A stretch of DNA of 61,165 nucleotides from Octopus bimaculoides (GCF_001194135.2 NC_068986.1:55848319-55909483), one strand, 5' to 3'. Positions 51,601 through 61,130 are shown, counted from the stretch's first letter. The notes: generated by a model not told the origin, from the letters alone. Program-made: numbers and translations.

Positions 51601-53236
51601 CTTACATATAATGAGTACATTGTTTTGTATTTTACTTACAGCTGCTCTACTGAACAGTTTAACAATGTTTATGAAAATTTGATTATAACAGATGATAATA
51701 TATTTAGAAAAATATAACGATGTTATTTACAAAACGTTGATACATTTGCATGCAATCATCATTATTCCAGGTGTTCTTTTATCCAATATTTATGGTAAAA
51801 CTCAGAGTTCCATAGAGATTTCTTTGATTTCAATCATTTATAAATATATTAAGATTGTCCTTATTTCTCATTCTGCTTATAGCAATATAAAATTAACTTC
51901 TTACTTCAACCAACTCTCATTTTAATTCTCTCACTATCACTCATCTTTCCTTGTTTGCCAATCAAAGCAATGTGATATGTTTATCACACTGAAATAATAA
52001 AGATGAGTGGATGGATGATAAACTTATCATCTACTCACTTTTATTTTACTTTTCTTACAGTCACTCATTCTCTGCTTGTCATGGACAGCCTCCTACTGTT
52101 ACATTATTGCCTTACTATGACAGTTAACAAATACATGTTGTTATATAATATATGTGAATATCATACATATTTCATTGATATTTTCCTACCCTTATTTAAT
52201 CAAAAGCTAAATGAAATATTAAACAAACAAAGGAAATATAAGAAAATGTCTCTTGCAAACAACATAACAATTTTAGTTATTAGCAAGGATATTAGAATGC
52301 AGTTTTGAGTAAATAATTATGTAAGTAAGAATAATTATTTTAACCCATTACTTAGCAGTGATCTCATATGAGATCACTTAAAAATTACAAATTTCGTAAT
52401 TATCTGTCAATATTTACACATATCTAACCTTTTTGCTATATCTACTAGGTATATTTCTTTGATATTCAAATGAGGTTTGCTAATTTTTCACCCAATATCT
52501 CGCTTATTTCTATTTAAAATGTTATTTTGAAATGTTATTTTGATCATTCCAGCATGTTTCTAAGGCTGTTTTATGGTAGAAATCAAAGTTTCATAAAAAA
52601 AATTCCAGTTAATAGAATTATGGGAGTTAATGGGTTAAGTAAGAAATAATTACCTTTTTNNNNNNNNNNNNNNNNNNNNNNNNNNNNNNNNNNNNNNNNN
52701 NNNNNNNNNNNNNNNNNNNNNNNNNNNNNNNNNNNNNNNNNNNNNNNNNNNNNNNNNNNNNNNNNNNNNNNNNNNNNNNNNNNNNNNNNNNNNNNNNNNN
52801 NNNNNNNNNNNNNNNNNNNNNNNNNNNNNNNNNNNNNNNNNNNNNNNNNNNNNNNNNNNNNNNNNNNNNNNNNNNNNNNNNNNNNNNNNNNNNNNNNNNN
52901 NNNNNNNNNNNNNNNNNNNNNNNNNNNNNNNNNNNNNNNNNNNNNNNNNNNNNNNNNNNNNNNNNNNNNNNNNNNNNNNNNNNNNNNNNNNNNNNNNNNN
53001 NNNNNNNNNNNNNNNNNNNNNNNNNNNNNNNNNNNNNNNNNNNNNNNNNNNNNNNNNNNNNNNNNNNNNNNNNNNNNNNNNNNNNNNNNNNNNNNNNNNN
53101 NNNNNNNNNNNNNNNNNNNNNNNNNNNNNNNNNNNNNNNNNNNNNNNNNNNNNNNNNNNNNNNNNNNNNNNNNNNNNNNNNNNNNNNNNNNNNNNNNNNN
53201 NNNNNNNNNNNNNNNNNNNNNNNNNNNNNNNNNNNN

Positions 53237-53298
<62 letters not shown>

Positions 53299-56200
53299 AT
53301 GAGAGAGTGAGAGAGAGAGAGAGTGTGTGTGTGTGTGAGTGTGTGAGAGAGAGAGAGTTTGTAGGTGTGTGTGTTTGCATATATATATATATCTTTTGCT
53401 TATATACATTGGTATAAGATATAAACAGAGGGAAAATCAAAACACCAGAGCCTTATAAGTTCCCTTAAGAGTTTTGTATTGTATCAACTTTTCTATCTCA
53501 AATTGTTAGAAATGCAAAGAACCAATAACTAGCTCATTGGCGATCTATAACCAACAATACAACTGTTCACAATTCATGATATGATAGAGAATAAGTTTTA
53601 GAGTTTAACTAATGTACATGTCTGTTATCATTTTTAAAAATCATTTTTTGAGGTACCTACTGTAATTGGGATTGTTTTTTGTTTTCAGTTCAATTGTTAT
53701 TAGTATTATACTTATAATTATTAATCTATTACATGCTACTTTATTTAGCAGGGATGTTAGTTTGAGGTTTGATGATACAAGTTCCCACAAATCTCCTGAA
53801 TCTTTAAGATTGCTGCAGAATACAAGTTAGCATTTTTCTGCAGATCAACAATGCATTTCAATTCCAATATCCTTCAGCCTCTTAGGTAGCAGTTAGGGTA
53901 TGTACCAAGTGCAAAAATTACCATATGAAGAAATATCACCATGTATTCCACAATTTCTCCATCTCTTTTGCTATGGTTTAATATTTCTTACTTTTCACAA
54001 ATTCTTAGGTATCATATGCAATAGGATATCATATTATCATATGCTATTGCAAAGTATATGGTCTTAAACTGCATTTTTTCCCCTTTGAACATATCGGGTT
54101 TCCTTAATTCAATAACATGGTCAGTTGTTATGGAGAAATCTCATAAAAATCTTGTACTTATTATTCACCATCACACCATTCAATTTGTTTTCATGCAACT
54201 TTTCTATCACTTTGAATCCACAAATTTTGCTAACATCCCAATATACTCTTTTACTGGCACAGTCATGCCTGCATTCAGACATTTTTGTGCAAGTTCTGGA
54301 TGGATGGTTAACGCTTTTGTCTCTTTTTCCACAGATGTTCTATTTGTCCTCTGACTGAGTTTTATCAATCTTTGTCGTTATCAGGTTAATTCTAATGGCT
54401 TATTCTTCTTGAGTCACTATAATAGGTAATTCAGTTTTTTGCTTCAGGTTTCCATCTGTAGCTATAACCAGCATTCTCTACTTTCAGCGCCTTCAGTTTG
54501 TTGCATGAATTGGCAATATTGTCTCTTCTCTTCTCAGCTGTTTGTCCTGTCATTCTTCCTTCTGCTCTTGAGTTCTATTATTTCAGTGACTTTTTGGAGT
54601 ATTTCTATCTGCAACAATATTCTTTCTTCACTACACACAACATAGTTTTTCAAATCAATACCTCAGTACAGATGTGTTCTGCATTTAACAAACTTAAGTC
54701 TCTTTCCTTTCTTCATAGGTAGAGCCTGCCAATATTACTTTGAGGATGATGCATTAACAGCTTCCTAATTCTATATAATTCCGGTAGCACAGTCTTTGTC
54801 TATTTTAAAAAAGTGTTCATTACTTTGATAATATTTCCTCTGTTTAGGGCTGTGAGCTGGCAGAAACGTTAGCATGCTGAGCAAAATGCTTTGCAGTATT
54901 TTGTCAGTCTTTATGTTCTGAGTTCAAATTCTGCTGAGGTCGACTTTGCCCTTCTTCCTTTGGGGGTCGATAAATTAAGTAACAGTTTCGCACTGGGGTC
55001 GATTCAATCAACTGGCCCCCCTCTCGAAAATTTCAGGCCTTGTGCCAAGATTAGAAAAGAATATTCCCTCCATTTGTTTAAAATTTTAAATTATTGTTTT
55101 GAGCACCTAATCCTTGTCTTGTATGCCTTAGAAACTTCATTTCTTTTTCCAGTACCCTATCATCCTGTAGTACCCCTAAGTACTTGTACCCTTCATTATT
55201 TCTCAGTGATCTAAGGATATCATCATGTCGAAACTTTATACCATCAGATTTAATCTTTCAGCCTCTCTCCAGAATTAAAACTGCATACATTTACTCAAAA
55301 CTGCATTCTAATATCCTTGCTAATATTCTTACTGTTAGTATTAGAGAATCCACTTCTTTTTTATTTTTCATATGCAGTTCAAGGTCATCCATAGATAGCA
55401 GTTGATTTATTTTCACCCTGATTTTCTCTGTAAGCTTGTTATGGGGGTTAACACCATAATGAAAAGAGTCTTATTGCAATACACCCCTATGAATTTTCCC
55501 ATTTCCAAATGATAAATGCCTGCATTTTAGTTCTATTTCTCATAGTCTTATTCATTACTTCTTCTAAAAAAAAACTGTTAATCTTTTCATTAATCCTGAG
55601 TATCCTGAGGCAAGAGCCACTCATGTGGAACTTTATCAAAGGCTTTCTTCAACCAACAGCTAAGTTCTTGTCACCAATATACAACAGAACAACAATTTCC
55701 CTTGATTTCTTTTTACATACCTTTTACTCCTCTGGTAATAGATTTTCTTTCCCCTAAAAGCTATACAATTCATCTGCCGAAAGCCAGTTAATAATTTCCA
55801 GAGTAATGGTAAGCATGTAAAAGGTCTATTATTACTGAGTTTCCTTCTCTTTTCTTTGTCCTTCTGCGTTATCAATTTTGGTGTTCTAATTTGTGTTCAG
55901 TCAGTAAAAAATAGTTGTACATAACTGTGCATGCTTGTGATACTCTTAAGCCAGAATTTTTGAGCACCATCTGGCCCAGGGATTTTCTAATTTGGGATTT
56001 CCTGAAACATCTCCCCCTTTTCATCTGTAATGCTTTTATGCTTTTGTTTTGATCTATTTTCCATTTCACTTTTAAATTTCTGTAACCAGTTCATGTCTCT
56101 GTTTATGTTGGAACTCTTTGCTCCAAACATCTGAACAAAAGCTCCTTGCTGCTTTAGCATTTAGCAAATTATTGCCCTGATGTTCATTCTTATTGTTCAG

Positions 56201-57973
56201 CTGTTGGTAAAATTTCCATTCATTGATTCTAAAGAGCTTATTCTGCTAGTATTGGTTTCTTCTTTGCTGGCATCTAGTTTTTTCTACCTGGTATTACTGT
56301 AATTATTTTGACTGATCTCTTTAGGTACCTGTAAACCTCTGTATCAAATGTATTTCCTTTAAAGCTTATCTCTGTGTCTTTTCCTCACCATTTTTCCAAG
56401 TATTTCATTTATCCTTCCAAGATATCTCTATCAAGCTGTTCAACTTGATTCTCAAGTTATCATTTCCCCCAAAGGTTTTACTCCTTTGTTTCACTTGATT
56501 TTACTTGACTTTTAATCTCAAGAATTTCTACAGCCACAGAGGTTGTTTGGTAAACAAGATCGTTTAGATCTGTTATATTTTAAACAGATTTTTATTAACT
56601 GTTTTCCAGCTTCTTTATTACTCTGTATAAGTTTTTCTCTTTTGATTCTTCTCAAAAGCTTGTAGTCTCCTGCTTTTATTGGTTCATATCTCATTTAATC
56701 ATTGTTGTTAGCTCTTATATTTGTTTGCAATATCCTTTCATCCCATGAAGTAAAACTTGCTTTCATCCAGACAATTACTATTTTCCTGAAGATTTATTGA
56801 ACTGCTAATTCAATTATCAGGAATGTTATCTTGAAGGCTGGTGACAAGTTACCTGAAATCTCAAGAATATTTCTTAGGATTCTTGTAGTATATATGACAG
56901 TATTTCTCTGTAGGTTGACAATATGTGCCTCACTTCCAGTATTCTTCAGCCTCTTAAGTAACAGTTTGAGTGTTGTACTAAATGCATCCATTTCAATCGG
57001 AACAATTTTCACCTTTGTCTCCCACAACCTCCTCATCTCATTGGCTAGGTATATTTCTTAATTTTCTCATTTTTTTTGGTATAAGCTCAACTATTATATG
57101 GTATTGTAAAGCCTAATACCCTACACTGCTTATTTTTTTTTGTCCACTACAATTATATCTGGTCTCCCTGTGTCACTAGTGTGGTCTGTCAATGGGAAAT
57201 CTCATAAAATCCTGTAATTATTATTCCCTATTGCTTCCTCAGGTTCATGTTCATACCACTTTTCCATAACTCAAATTCACAAACTTGTCTAACATCCCAA
57301 TGCACTCTTTTACTGACTCAGTCATGCCTGCACTTTTACTCTCGTTGCACTAGCCTACTGCTAGTTATCATCATCAGTAATAACTAAAATCATGAAAAAA
57401 AAAAAGGCATCGGTAGGGCAATGCATACCCTGTGTGCAGATAAATTATTAGAATTTAAAAAAAAAAGTTTTTTTAAGTATTACCATTATAATCATTTACA
57501 CTCCAGTGAAATTAAGAAATCAACTTGCAAATAAACGAAACCCTCAAATCAATTACTGTACACACATACACACACACAGGTATATATCTATGTATGTTTG
57601 AACATAATCAAACCAAATTTTCATCATTTTGAGCCACTCATCCAATGAGTATTTCTGCCAAATTTGGTGAAAATCTGTTCTGATGTTTTCCAGTTATTTT
57701 GCAAACACACAACAGACAAAGATGAGTAATTGCAATACCCCGTTTTCACTTACACATGCAGGGTAATAACAACAATCTCTCTGTTTCATTATTTATCTTG
57801 GTAAATGCAGTTAATTTGCAATAGCAAAATCTAAATTTGTGTAATTAGTATTTTGACAAGAGAACCACAAAGACAAAACTTACCATACAGCTCTCTGTTG
57901 TGATACGATCAGCTGCTTTCTTACATATTGACCCTTCTTTACTGTTACATTTGTAGTCACTCCATCTTTTTTC
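5127..57973 (-). CDS. Partial multi-exon gene: multi-C-type-lectin-domain receptor (macrophage mannose receptor / PLA2R / DEC205-like architecture); 13 exons, about 518 codons in the window
   Basis: Thirteen AG/GT-bounded exons join in one open frame (phases 0,2,1,0,2,1,1,1,0,2,1,1). Repeated CTLD hallmarks: C-x(9-14)-C-Y/F, W-x3-C helix 1, WIG/WLG/WIS strand, WxDG, NW, and terminal C...[FWLI]-[ILV]-C-K/T. Orthology to a named gene is not established. Confidence 0.9.
5403..5787 (+). mobile_element. tRNA-derived SINE, family A, full length (about 385 nt)
   Basis: A-box TGGCCCAGTGG, B-box GTTTCGATTCC, (CAA)n tail; three more copies in the window. Confidence 0.88.
6990..7200 (+). mobile_element. 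R4/Dong-type fragment (CCHC-to-RLE region)
   Basis: aggcatgactgtgtcagtaaaagagtgcattg matches the RHD..KRVHW segment near 54250 and 57320. Confidence 0.6.
7790..8606 (+). mobile_element. RTE-clade LINE 3' end (RT C-terminus, gap, 3' UTR, (GAT)n tail)
   Basis: [27 protein letters not shown] and [12 protein letters not shown] read in an open frame; tail gatgatgat at 8584-8606. Confidence 0.9.
9324..9455 (-). CDS. CTLD gene exon 12 ([43 protein letters not shown]); absent from the supplied ORF track
   Basis: Acceptor ctttctctgcag|GA, donor TCG|gtaagt; 132 nt, phase 1-1; ends CTLD-D and begins CTLD-E (CLPGFSLF). Confidence 0.9.
10021..10147. mobile_element. Tc1/mariner-type MITE, 127 nt
   Basis: Perfect 29-nt terminal inverted repeats (cagggtgtccacaaagtctgggtacatgg) with TA on both sides. 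Confidence 0.93.
11022..11160 (+). mobile_element. tRNA-derived SINE, family B, head portion
   Basis: ggcatggctgtgtggttaagaag...ttcagtcccactg; matches the copy at 25103-25490. Confidence 0.75.
12799..13045 (-). mobile_element. RTE 3'-end copy (antisense), truncated by a gap
   Basis: Reverse complement of 8346-8606 with about 4 substitutions and one 21-nt indel; (CAT)n at 12799-12820. Confidence 0.9.
13290..15245 (-). mobile_element. Decayed Penelope-like element (RT and GIY-YIG endonuclease)
   Basis: [62 protein letters not shown]; near 13700-13850 [19 protein letters not shown] (GIY-YIG). Confidence 0.92.
15314..15800 (-). mobile_element. RTE 3'-end copy (antisense)
   Basis: Same family as 8346-8606 and 12799-13045; (CAT)n at 15314-15332. 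Confidence 0.88.
15880..16455 (+). mobile_element. Possible Penelope-type pseudo-LTR or terminal segment with a hammerhead-like motif
   Basis: T-rich segment with CCGATGA-stem-GAAA at 16312-16341, ending in (TA)n, close to the Penelope ORF. Assignment is inferred. Confidence 0.4.
18301..18398 (-). CDS. CTLD gene exon 11 ([32 protein letters not shown])
   Basis: Acceptor ttttctttcataaaactag|A (phase 2, as exon 10 requires), donor CAG|gtcagt; 98 nt; WADG, YTNW and EPS motifs. Confidence 0.9.
19571..19849. repeat. Foldback element: about 120-nt imperfect inverted arms with a short loop
   Basis: 19571-19692 pairs with 19728-19849 (ttaccacattcactatatactc.../...gaggatatagtgcatgtggtta). Confidence 0.88.
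21781..22009 (-). mobile_element. tRNA-headed SINE with (AAT)n and hammerhead-like tail, left copy (deletion within the head)
   Basis: Reverse complement of 22012-22250; head gggcatatagcgtagtg joined directly to gattccaagttcaattcc. Confidence 0.8.
22012..22250 (+). mobile_element. tRNA-headed SINE with (AAT)n and hammerhead-like tail, right copy
   Basis: A-box-like TGGCCTAGTAG, B-box-like GAGTTCAATTC, (AAT)n, then GACAC-CTGAAGA-A-GGCTG-loop-CAGCC-AAAAC. Confidence 0.8.
22300..22970 (-). mobile_element. hAT (Charlie-like) DNA transposon remnant, dimerisation-domain region
   Basis: [19 protein letters not shown] in a shifted frame and KLLLFF..TYC resemble the hAT C-terminal dimerisation consensus; minus-strand end caatggttctcacc resembles Charlie TIRs. 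Confidence 0.6.
23208..23405. repeat. Degenerate minisatellite built on AGCTAGTTAGCTAAT
   Basis: About six or seven irregular recurrences of agcta/ttagct motifs. Confidence 0.6.
24275..24490 (+). mobile_element. SINE-like repeat, family C
   Basis: ttttctactctaggcacaaggccc...gttgacctcggcggaacttgaattcagaacgtaaagacagacgaaatacc. Confidence 0.8.
24722..25103. repeat. About 80-nt inverted arms enclosing a truncated TTAA-MITE
   Basis: 24722-24803 is the reverse complement of 25023-25103; the interior (about 24803-24960) matches the reverse complement of 37747-37966. Confidence 0.75.
25103..25490 (+). mobile_element. tRNA-derived SINE, family B, near full length
   Basis: Head ggctgtgtggtaagtagcttgcttacaaaccacatgg, internal (TA)/(GT) microsatellite, tail ccagcatggctgcagtcaaatgactgaaacaag; many other copies in the window. 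Confidence 0.85.
25897..25958 (-). CDS. CTLD gene exon 10 ([20 protein letters not shown])
   Basis: Acceptor gttctaattaatag|TTT, donor TAA|gtaagt; 62 nt, phase 0-2; LWIGI motif. Confidence 0.87.
26305..27140 (-). mobile_element. Internally deleted mariner transposon
   Basis: [11 protein letters not shown] (N-terminal HTH region), [15 protein letters not shown] and [11 protein letters not shown] (TGDE/TWV motif); terminus TA-tgaggtgtattcaaaa; inverted subterminal blocks near 26360-26415 and 27060-27125. Confidence 0.88.
27798..27985 (-). CDS. CTLD gene exon 9 ([62 protein letters not shown])
   Basis: Acceptor cttgttctag|AA, donor GCT|gtaagt; 188 nt, phase 1-0; inside ORF 27756-28031; IASIHS-DENDFL motif. 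Confidence 0.92.
28491..28874 (-). mobile_element. tRNA-derived SINE, family A
   Basis: Reverse complement of 5403-5787. Confidence 0.88.
30504..30530 (-). CDS. CTLD gene exon 8: 27-nt microexon (FPKEEVNK), linker between CTLD-C and CTLD-D
   Basis: Acceptor tttcaatttcag|GT, donor AAG|gtaagt; only the phase 1-1 frame is open, which is the phase the flanking exons require. Confidence 0.65.
32181..32392 (+). mobile_element. Mariner-derived MITE
   Basis: Imperfect TIRs gagggggtgctgaaaagttcctggc / atccaggaatttttcagtacctt; interior translates [20 protein letters not shown], like the mariner C-terminus. Confidence 0.78.
32693..32854 (-). CDS. CTLD gene exon 7 ([53 protein letters not shown]); absent from the supplied ORF track
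   Basis: Acceptor tcttatgcag|GT, donor CTC|gtaagg; 162 nt, phase 1-1; WLDS, C...C and WICK complete CTLD-C. Confidence 0.87.
33540..34585 (+). mobile_element. Pogo-like DDE transposon remnant with a C-terminal PHD-like finger
   Basis: [14 protein letters not shown] resembles the DDE_1 QPLD motif; CSIC...WLLC...CSKC...FCKNC; inverted taatgggtcat / atgacccatta near the ends. Confidence 0.5.
34645..34990 (+). mobile_element. SINE family B
   Basis: Matches 25103-25490. Confidence 0.8.
36052..36620 (+). mobile_element. Two tandem SINE family B copies (head only, then near full length)
   Basis: Heads near 36055 and 36232; second copy has the family B tail. Confidence 0.78.
36908..36954 (-). CDS. 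CTLD gene exon 6 ([15 protein letters not shown])
   Basis: Acceptor ttttgtttcag|A, donor CAG|gtgagt; 47 nt, phase 2-1; YWLG is the WIGL-equivalent strand. Confidence 0.87.
37336..37717 (+). mobile_element. tRNA-derived SINE, family A
   Basis: Matches 5403-5787. Confidence 0.88.
37747..37966. mobile_element. TTAA-flanked MITE (piggyBac-type target site)
   Basis: TTAA|ccctttaacatt ... aatgctaaagga|TTAA. Confidence 0.72.
38500..38890 (-). mobile_element. Older RTE 3'-end copy
   Basis: (CAT)n followed by gttggatgcccttcctaataccaacc. Confidence 0.7.
40125..40380 (-). mobile_element. Older RTE 3'-end copy, followed by a long (TA)n(CA) array running into a gap
   Basis: gtccattttccatgctggcatggg...ctggatgcccttcctaatg. 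Confidence 0.7.
42622..42749 (-). CDS. CTLD gene exon 5 ([42 protein letters not shown])
   Basis: Acceptor tatattttcag|GAA, donor GAA|gtaaac; 128 nt, phase 0-2; W-x-x-A-x-x-x-C and LVSLES-EE-FL helix motifs. Confidence 0.88.
43499..43761 (-). CDS. CTLD gene exon 4: end of CTLD-B, Thr/Ser/Pro-rich linker, start of CTLD-C (...[14 protein letters not shown])
   Basis: Acceptor ttcctgcag|AT, donor AAG|gtaaat; 263 nt, phase 1-0; matches ORF 43490-43744 (CLAI...W...C...YFIC). Confidence 0.92.
43986..44083. repeat. 29-nt tandem repeat (three starts, 43994/44023/44052), last unit shared with 42323-42363
   Basis: gtatacgtcacat recurs with period 29. Confidence 0.85.
44581..44963 (-). mobile_element. 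tRNA-derived SINE, family A
   Basis: Reverse complement of 5403-5787. Confidence 0.88.
45640..46010 (+). mobile_element. SINE family B
   Basis: Matches 25103-25490. Confidence 0.75.
46147..46256 (-). CDS. CTLD gene exon 3 ([36 protein letters not shown])
   Basis: Acceptor ctcatttcag|T, donor AAG|gtaagt; 110 nt, phase 2-1; YWI and FQNW motifs. Confidence 0.85.
47370..47780 (+). mobile_element. SINE-like family C, composite with an internally repeated core
   Basis: ctcggcggaatttgaactcaga...cgtaa...aataccgctaagcatt occurs twice (near 47470 and 47686). Confidence 0.78.
47958..48076 (-). CDS. CTLD gene exon 2 ([39 protein letters not shown])
   Basis: Acceptor ctattatcag|AGC, donor TTA|gtaagt; 119 nt, phase 0-2; W-x-x-A-x-x-x-C and G-D-L-A-T-I motifs. 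Confidence 0.88.
48470..49735 (+). pseudogene. Decayed RTE-clade reverse transcriptase
   Basis: [74 protein letters not shown], with many stops and frameshifts. Confidence 0.85.
49765..50219. repeat. Pair of about 150-nt direct repeats, offset 299 nt
   Basis: ggggttaaactagtagtaacattcaacagccactttgatgt at 49803 and 50102; agattttacaactaactattttgcttgt ends both copies. Confidence 0.88.
52344..52634. mobile_element. TTAA-flanked MITE
   Basis: TTAA|cccatta ... taatggg|TTAA. Confidence 0.6.
53570..56760 (-). mobile_element. Heavily decayed R4/Dong-type element (N-terminal region through RT to RLE), interrupted by a family C SINE at about 54845-55060
   Basis: [58 protein letters not shown]. Confidence 0.8.
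56790..57365 (-). mobile_element. Additional R4/Dong-type 3' fragment (RLE), in tandem with the element above
   Basis: [41 protein letters not shown]. Confidence 0.8.
57884..57973 (-). CDS. CTLD gene exon 1 in window ([30 protein letters not shown]): end of CTLD-A, start of CTLD-B
   Basis: Acceptor tatttttcag|GAA, donor ATG|gtaagt; 90 nt, phase 0-0; W-x-D-x-x-C...ICK CTLD ending. Confidence 0.88.
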
Positions 57974-59732
57974 CTGAAAAATAATACAATTTATTGATTC
58001 ATTTTCTCTACCTTCTTTATAAACATTTTATTGTTACTGATACAAAATCATTTAAATTGGATTATAATTTTTAGACTATTAACTCTATCTTCAGAGATAA
58101 AATATTTTTTTTAATTAAATAGTAACATCCTCATTACATTTTAATCAGCTATCAAGATCAAGATAAATCTCCTTTATTTATCTACTGTCATAAAACAAGT
58201 GACAAGTTCAGACTCTGTAAAGCTTCTTGAAGTGTAGCTTGTATTTTCATTTATTTTTGTAGAATTAAATTTAAGATTAACGTTTTTTTACTCCTAATTT
58301 CGTCTTTAGACGTAACATTAAAAAAAAAAACCATGACCAGCTTTACTGCTACATTTGTAATCATTTCAGCTTTTCTCCCAAAGAATTTATTGATTTAGTT
58401 TATGTAGTTCTTTATGTATATTTTATAAACTTTTAAATTAGATTAAAATTTTAGGTACTATTAATTTCATTTTCAGAGATTTAAACAATTTTGATTTAAT
58501 ATTCATACCTGCATTACATTTTTATCATCTATGAAACCAAGACTAGTGTCTCCTATTCATCAAATATAATACTAAAAAAATGAAAATTAGGACTCTGCAA
58601 ATCCTCTTAAAGTATAATTTTATCTTTTCATTTATTTTACTGCAATTTGAGATTAAACCTTCATATTACAAAATGAAATGCTAAGAAACATTTGCATCCT
58701 TACTAAACGTATTTAGAAATGAAGGTTCCTTGTTTAACTCCAGCTAAATACTAAGTATGTGTCCAGAAAGAAGACACTTGATTACAAAACAATGTAGGTG
58801 AGTTATTGAATGGATGCCTATGGAGTTACTCAACCTGCTAGCAATAACAGCAAAATTTCTCCAAGTCATACTTTACTAGTTTAAAAAGAGGATGAACATA
58901 GTGATTAATGTAGTGACAGGCATAAAAGAAAGCTCTGTTGGTCACTGCTAGGATGTCTTTGTTCATAGTTTATCTCAATAAGAATTGACATACAAAAGAG
59001 CTTGTTCAAGTGATGACATGAGTAAGCTTCTATGTGATCACTTAGTCTGTTAGAAACAACAGCTAAATGAATCAAATTGCATCCTGCTGTCTTTTTTAAA
59101 AAACTAAAGAGAGGTAACAAAATAATGTGGTCTGAGAGTTAAATGTTTGAAGAGAGGTGATGTCCATGGCTAAAATGGCTTTGATCTTTAATCTGCTAGA
59201 CCAGGGCTGACTTGAGATTAAAGAAGAACAGTCAACACCAACACAGCAAATATAAATATCAGAAAACTTTTCCCATCTTTTAATTTAAGGTTGATATTCT
59301 GAAAAATTATAATCTTATTAGCAGCACCTAATCTCATCAATATGTGCAAAGTATAATAATCTGGATCAATCTTAGTAGATATTTGGTATTTTATTGAATT
59401 CCCAAAGAGATGAATGAAATACTAATTCAAAATTACTTGGAATTTTAGTTCAGAAATACGAGCCTATATAAACCTAAGAAACTAGAAGAGGGTACATTGA
59501 TGTCTTTGAAATAGTAAACTGGTACTTTGTCATGTGGGTTTTTCTTAAATTATCTGCAGCACTTCTGCCCCACACACCTTTTGGGAAACCACTTCTTGCT
59601 AATTTTTATTGTTATTTAACGTTTTTGTAGACTCTGCTTTCTTTCCTTTCTTTCTTGATGCAATACCCTCTGTACTGTCTTCCTCCCCTTATACTGTCTA
59701 CAATATCAAGGGTACTTCTTATTTATGAAAGA

Positions 59733-59734
<2 letters not shown>

Positions 59735-59789
<55 letters not shown>

Positions 59790-59803
59790 TAACTAACTAA
59801 CTG
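59735..59803. repeat. (TAA)n then (TAAC)n microsatellite
   Basis: Directly visible. Confidence 0.9.
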
Positions 59804-59889
59804 GACCCGTGAAAAATTCACGGCAAACATAAAATATGTAAGCACCTGTAAACAGTGTACTGGTGCCATGAGAAATGTTTGTATATTAT

Positions 59890-60030
59890 GACCATCTGTC
59901 TTTGTGTTCTGAGTTCAAATTCTGCCAAGGTCAACTTGTCCTTTTGGGGTCAATAAATTAAGTACCAGTTGTGTACTGGGATCGATCTAATCAACTGGCC
60001 CCCTCCCCACAAAAATTTCAGGCCTAGAAA
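59890..60030 (-). mobile_element. SINE-like family C, partial
   Basis: tgttctgagttcaaattctgccaaggtcaac...aaaatttcaggcct. Confidence 0.7.
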
Positions 60031-61130
60031 AGTATATTATGACAGTTACAGAATATAGAAAATAAAGTAACACCAATGACTATATAATCCAACCAAAATA
60101 TCTTAGTTATACAAACGTAAACGGAATTACTATTTAACCTTAAAACACATCGTACATATTCAAAGAACCTTCTTGGTTTAGTGGTATGGAACGTTTTTCT
60201 GGTATTCTTTTACTTGTTTCAGTCATTTGACGGTGGCCATGCTGGAGCACCACCCTTTAATCGCAGAAATTGACCCCTGGACTTATTCCCTCTAAGCCTG
60301 GTGCTTATTCTATTAGTCTCTTCTGCTGAACAGTTAAATTACAAGGATGCAAACGCACCAGCATCGGTTGTCAAGCAACGGTGGTGGTGGTGGGACAAAC
60401 ACATACATACATACATACATATGACGGGCTTGGAGGTAGTGGTGATGCTGGCTGGTATGCCAAGAGAGATCGGGGAACTTAAAGGTGTAATGTAGATGTG
60501 TAACGATGACACATCAACAAATGAGCCAGAAATTCTAACTTAAAAAATATAGAAAGGAAAAGACAACGTTGTATTCCGAAGCCAAAAGATGTTTTTTGGC
60601 TGAGGTGTAATTTTATAATGAAAACAAAGTCAACATTTTAATTTTGGAGCAAAACACCACGTTTTTTGGTGTATGACTGCAGTTGAAATGGGTTAAAACA
60701 AATGTGTGTGTGTGTGCCTTTAATAGTAGTTTAAAGTCAGTCGCAGAAAGGAATTCAAAACGGCAACACGCACAATCATATACACACAAACATACACATA
60801 CATCCACACATATACACAAACACATACCTAGAGAGACAGGCAAACAGACAGTAAGTGTCAGATAGTCCACAACAAAGTCTTCACCTCTCTCTCTTCCTAC
60901 CTGTTGCTTTGCCACTGACTGGAATTGTTTTAGTTGTGTCTTCAAGCTCATTCTCTCTCTCTTTCTCTCTCAGTTTTTCTCTTGCTACTAAAACAATAAA
61001 TGTCCAAAATGATTCAGTGTTTCAATTGAAAAACATATGAATGTATTAGACAGTTTTTTTTGTTTAGGATACCGTATCCAATATTTGCTGTGATTGAAAA
61101 CACAAAACAAACACAACCTTCCTCATATAT

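Noticed and set aside
51730-51800. Minus-strand TWNNDDC resembling a CTLD WND motif
   Set aside because: In-frame stop just upstream, no usable acceptor, no terminal FIC motif, and exons 1 and 2 already join correctly.
52583-53440. ORFs of 216-285 aa
   Set aside because: Gap plus (CA)/(GA) repeats.
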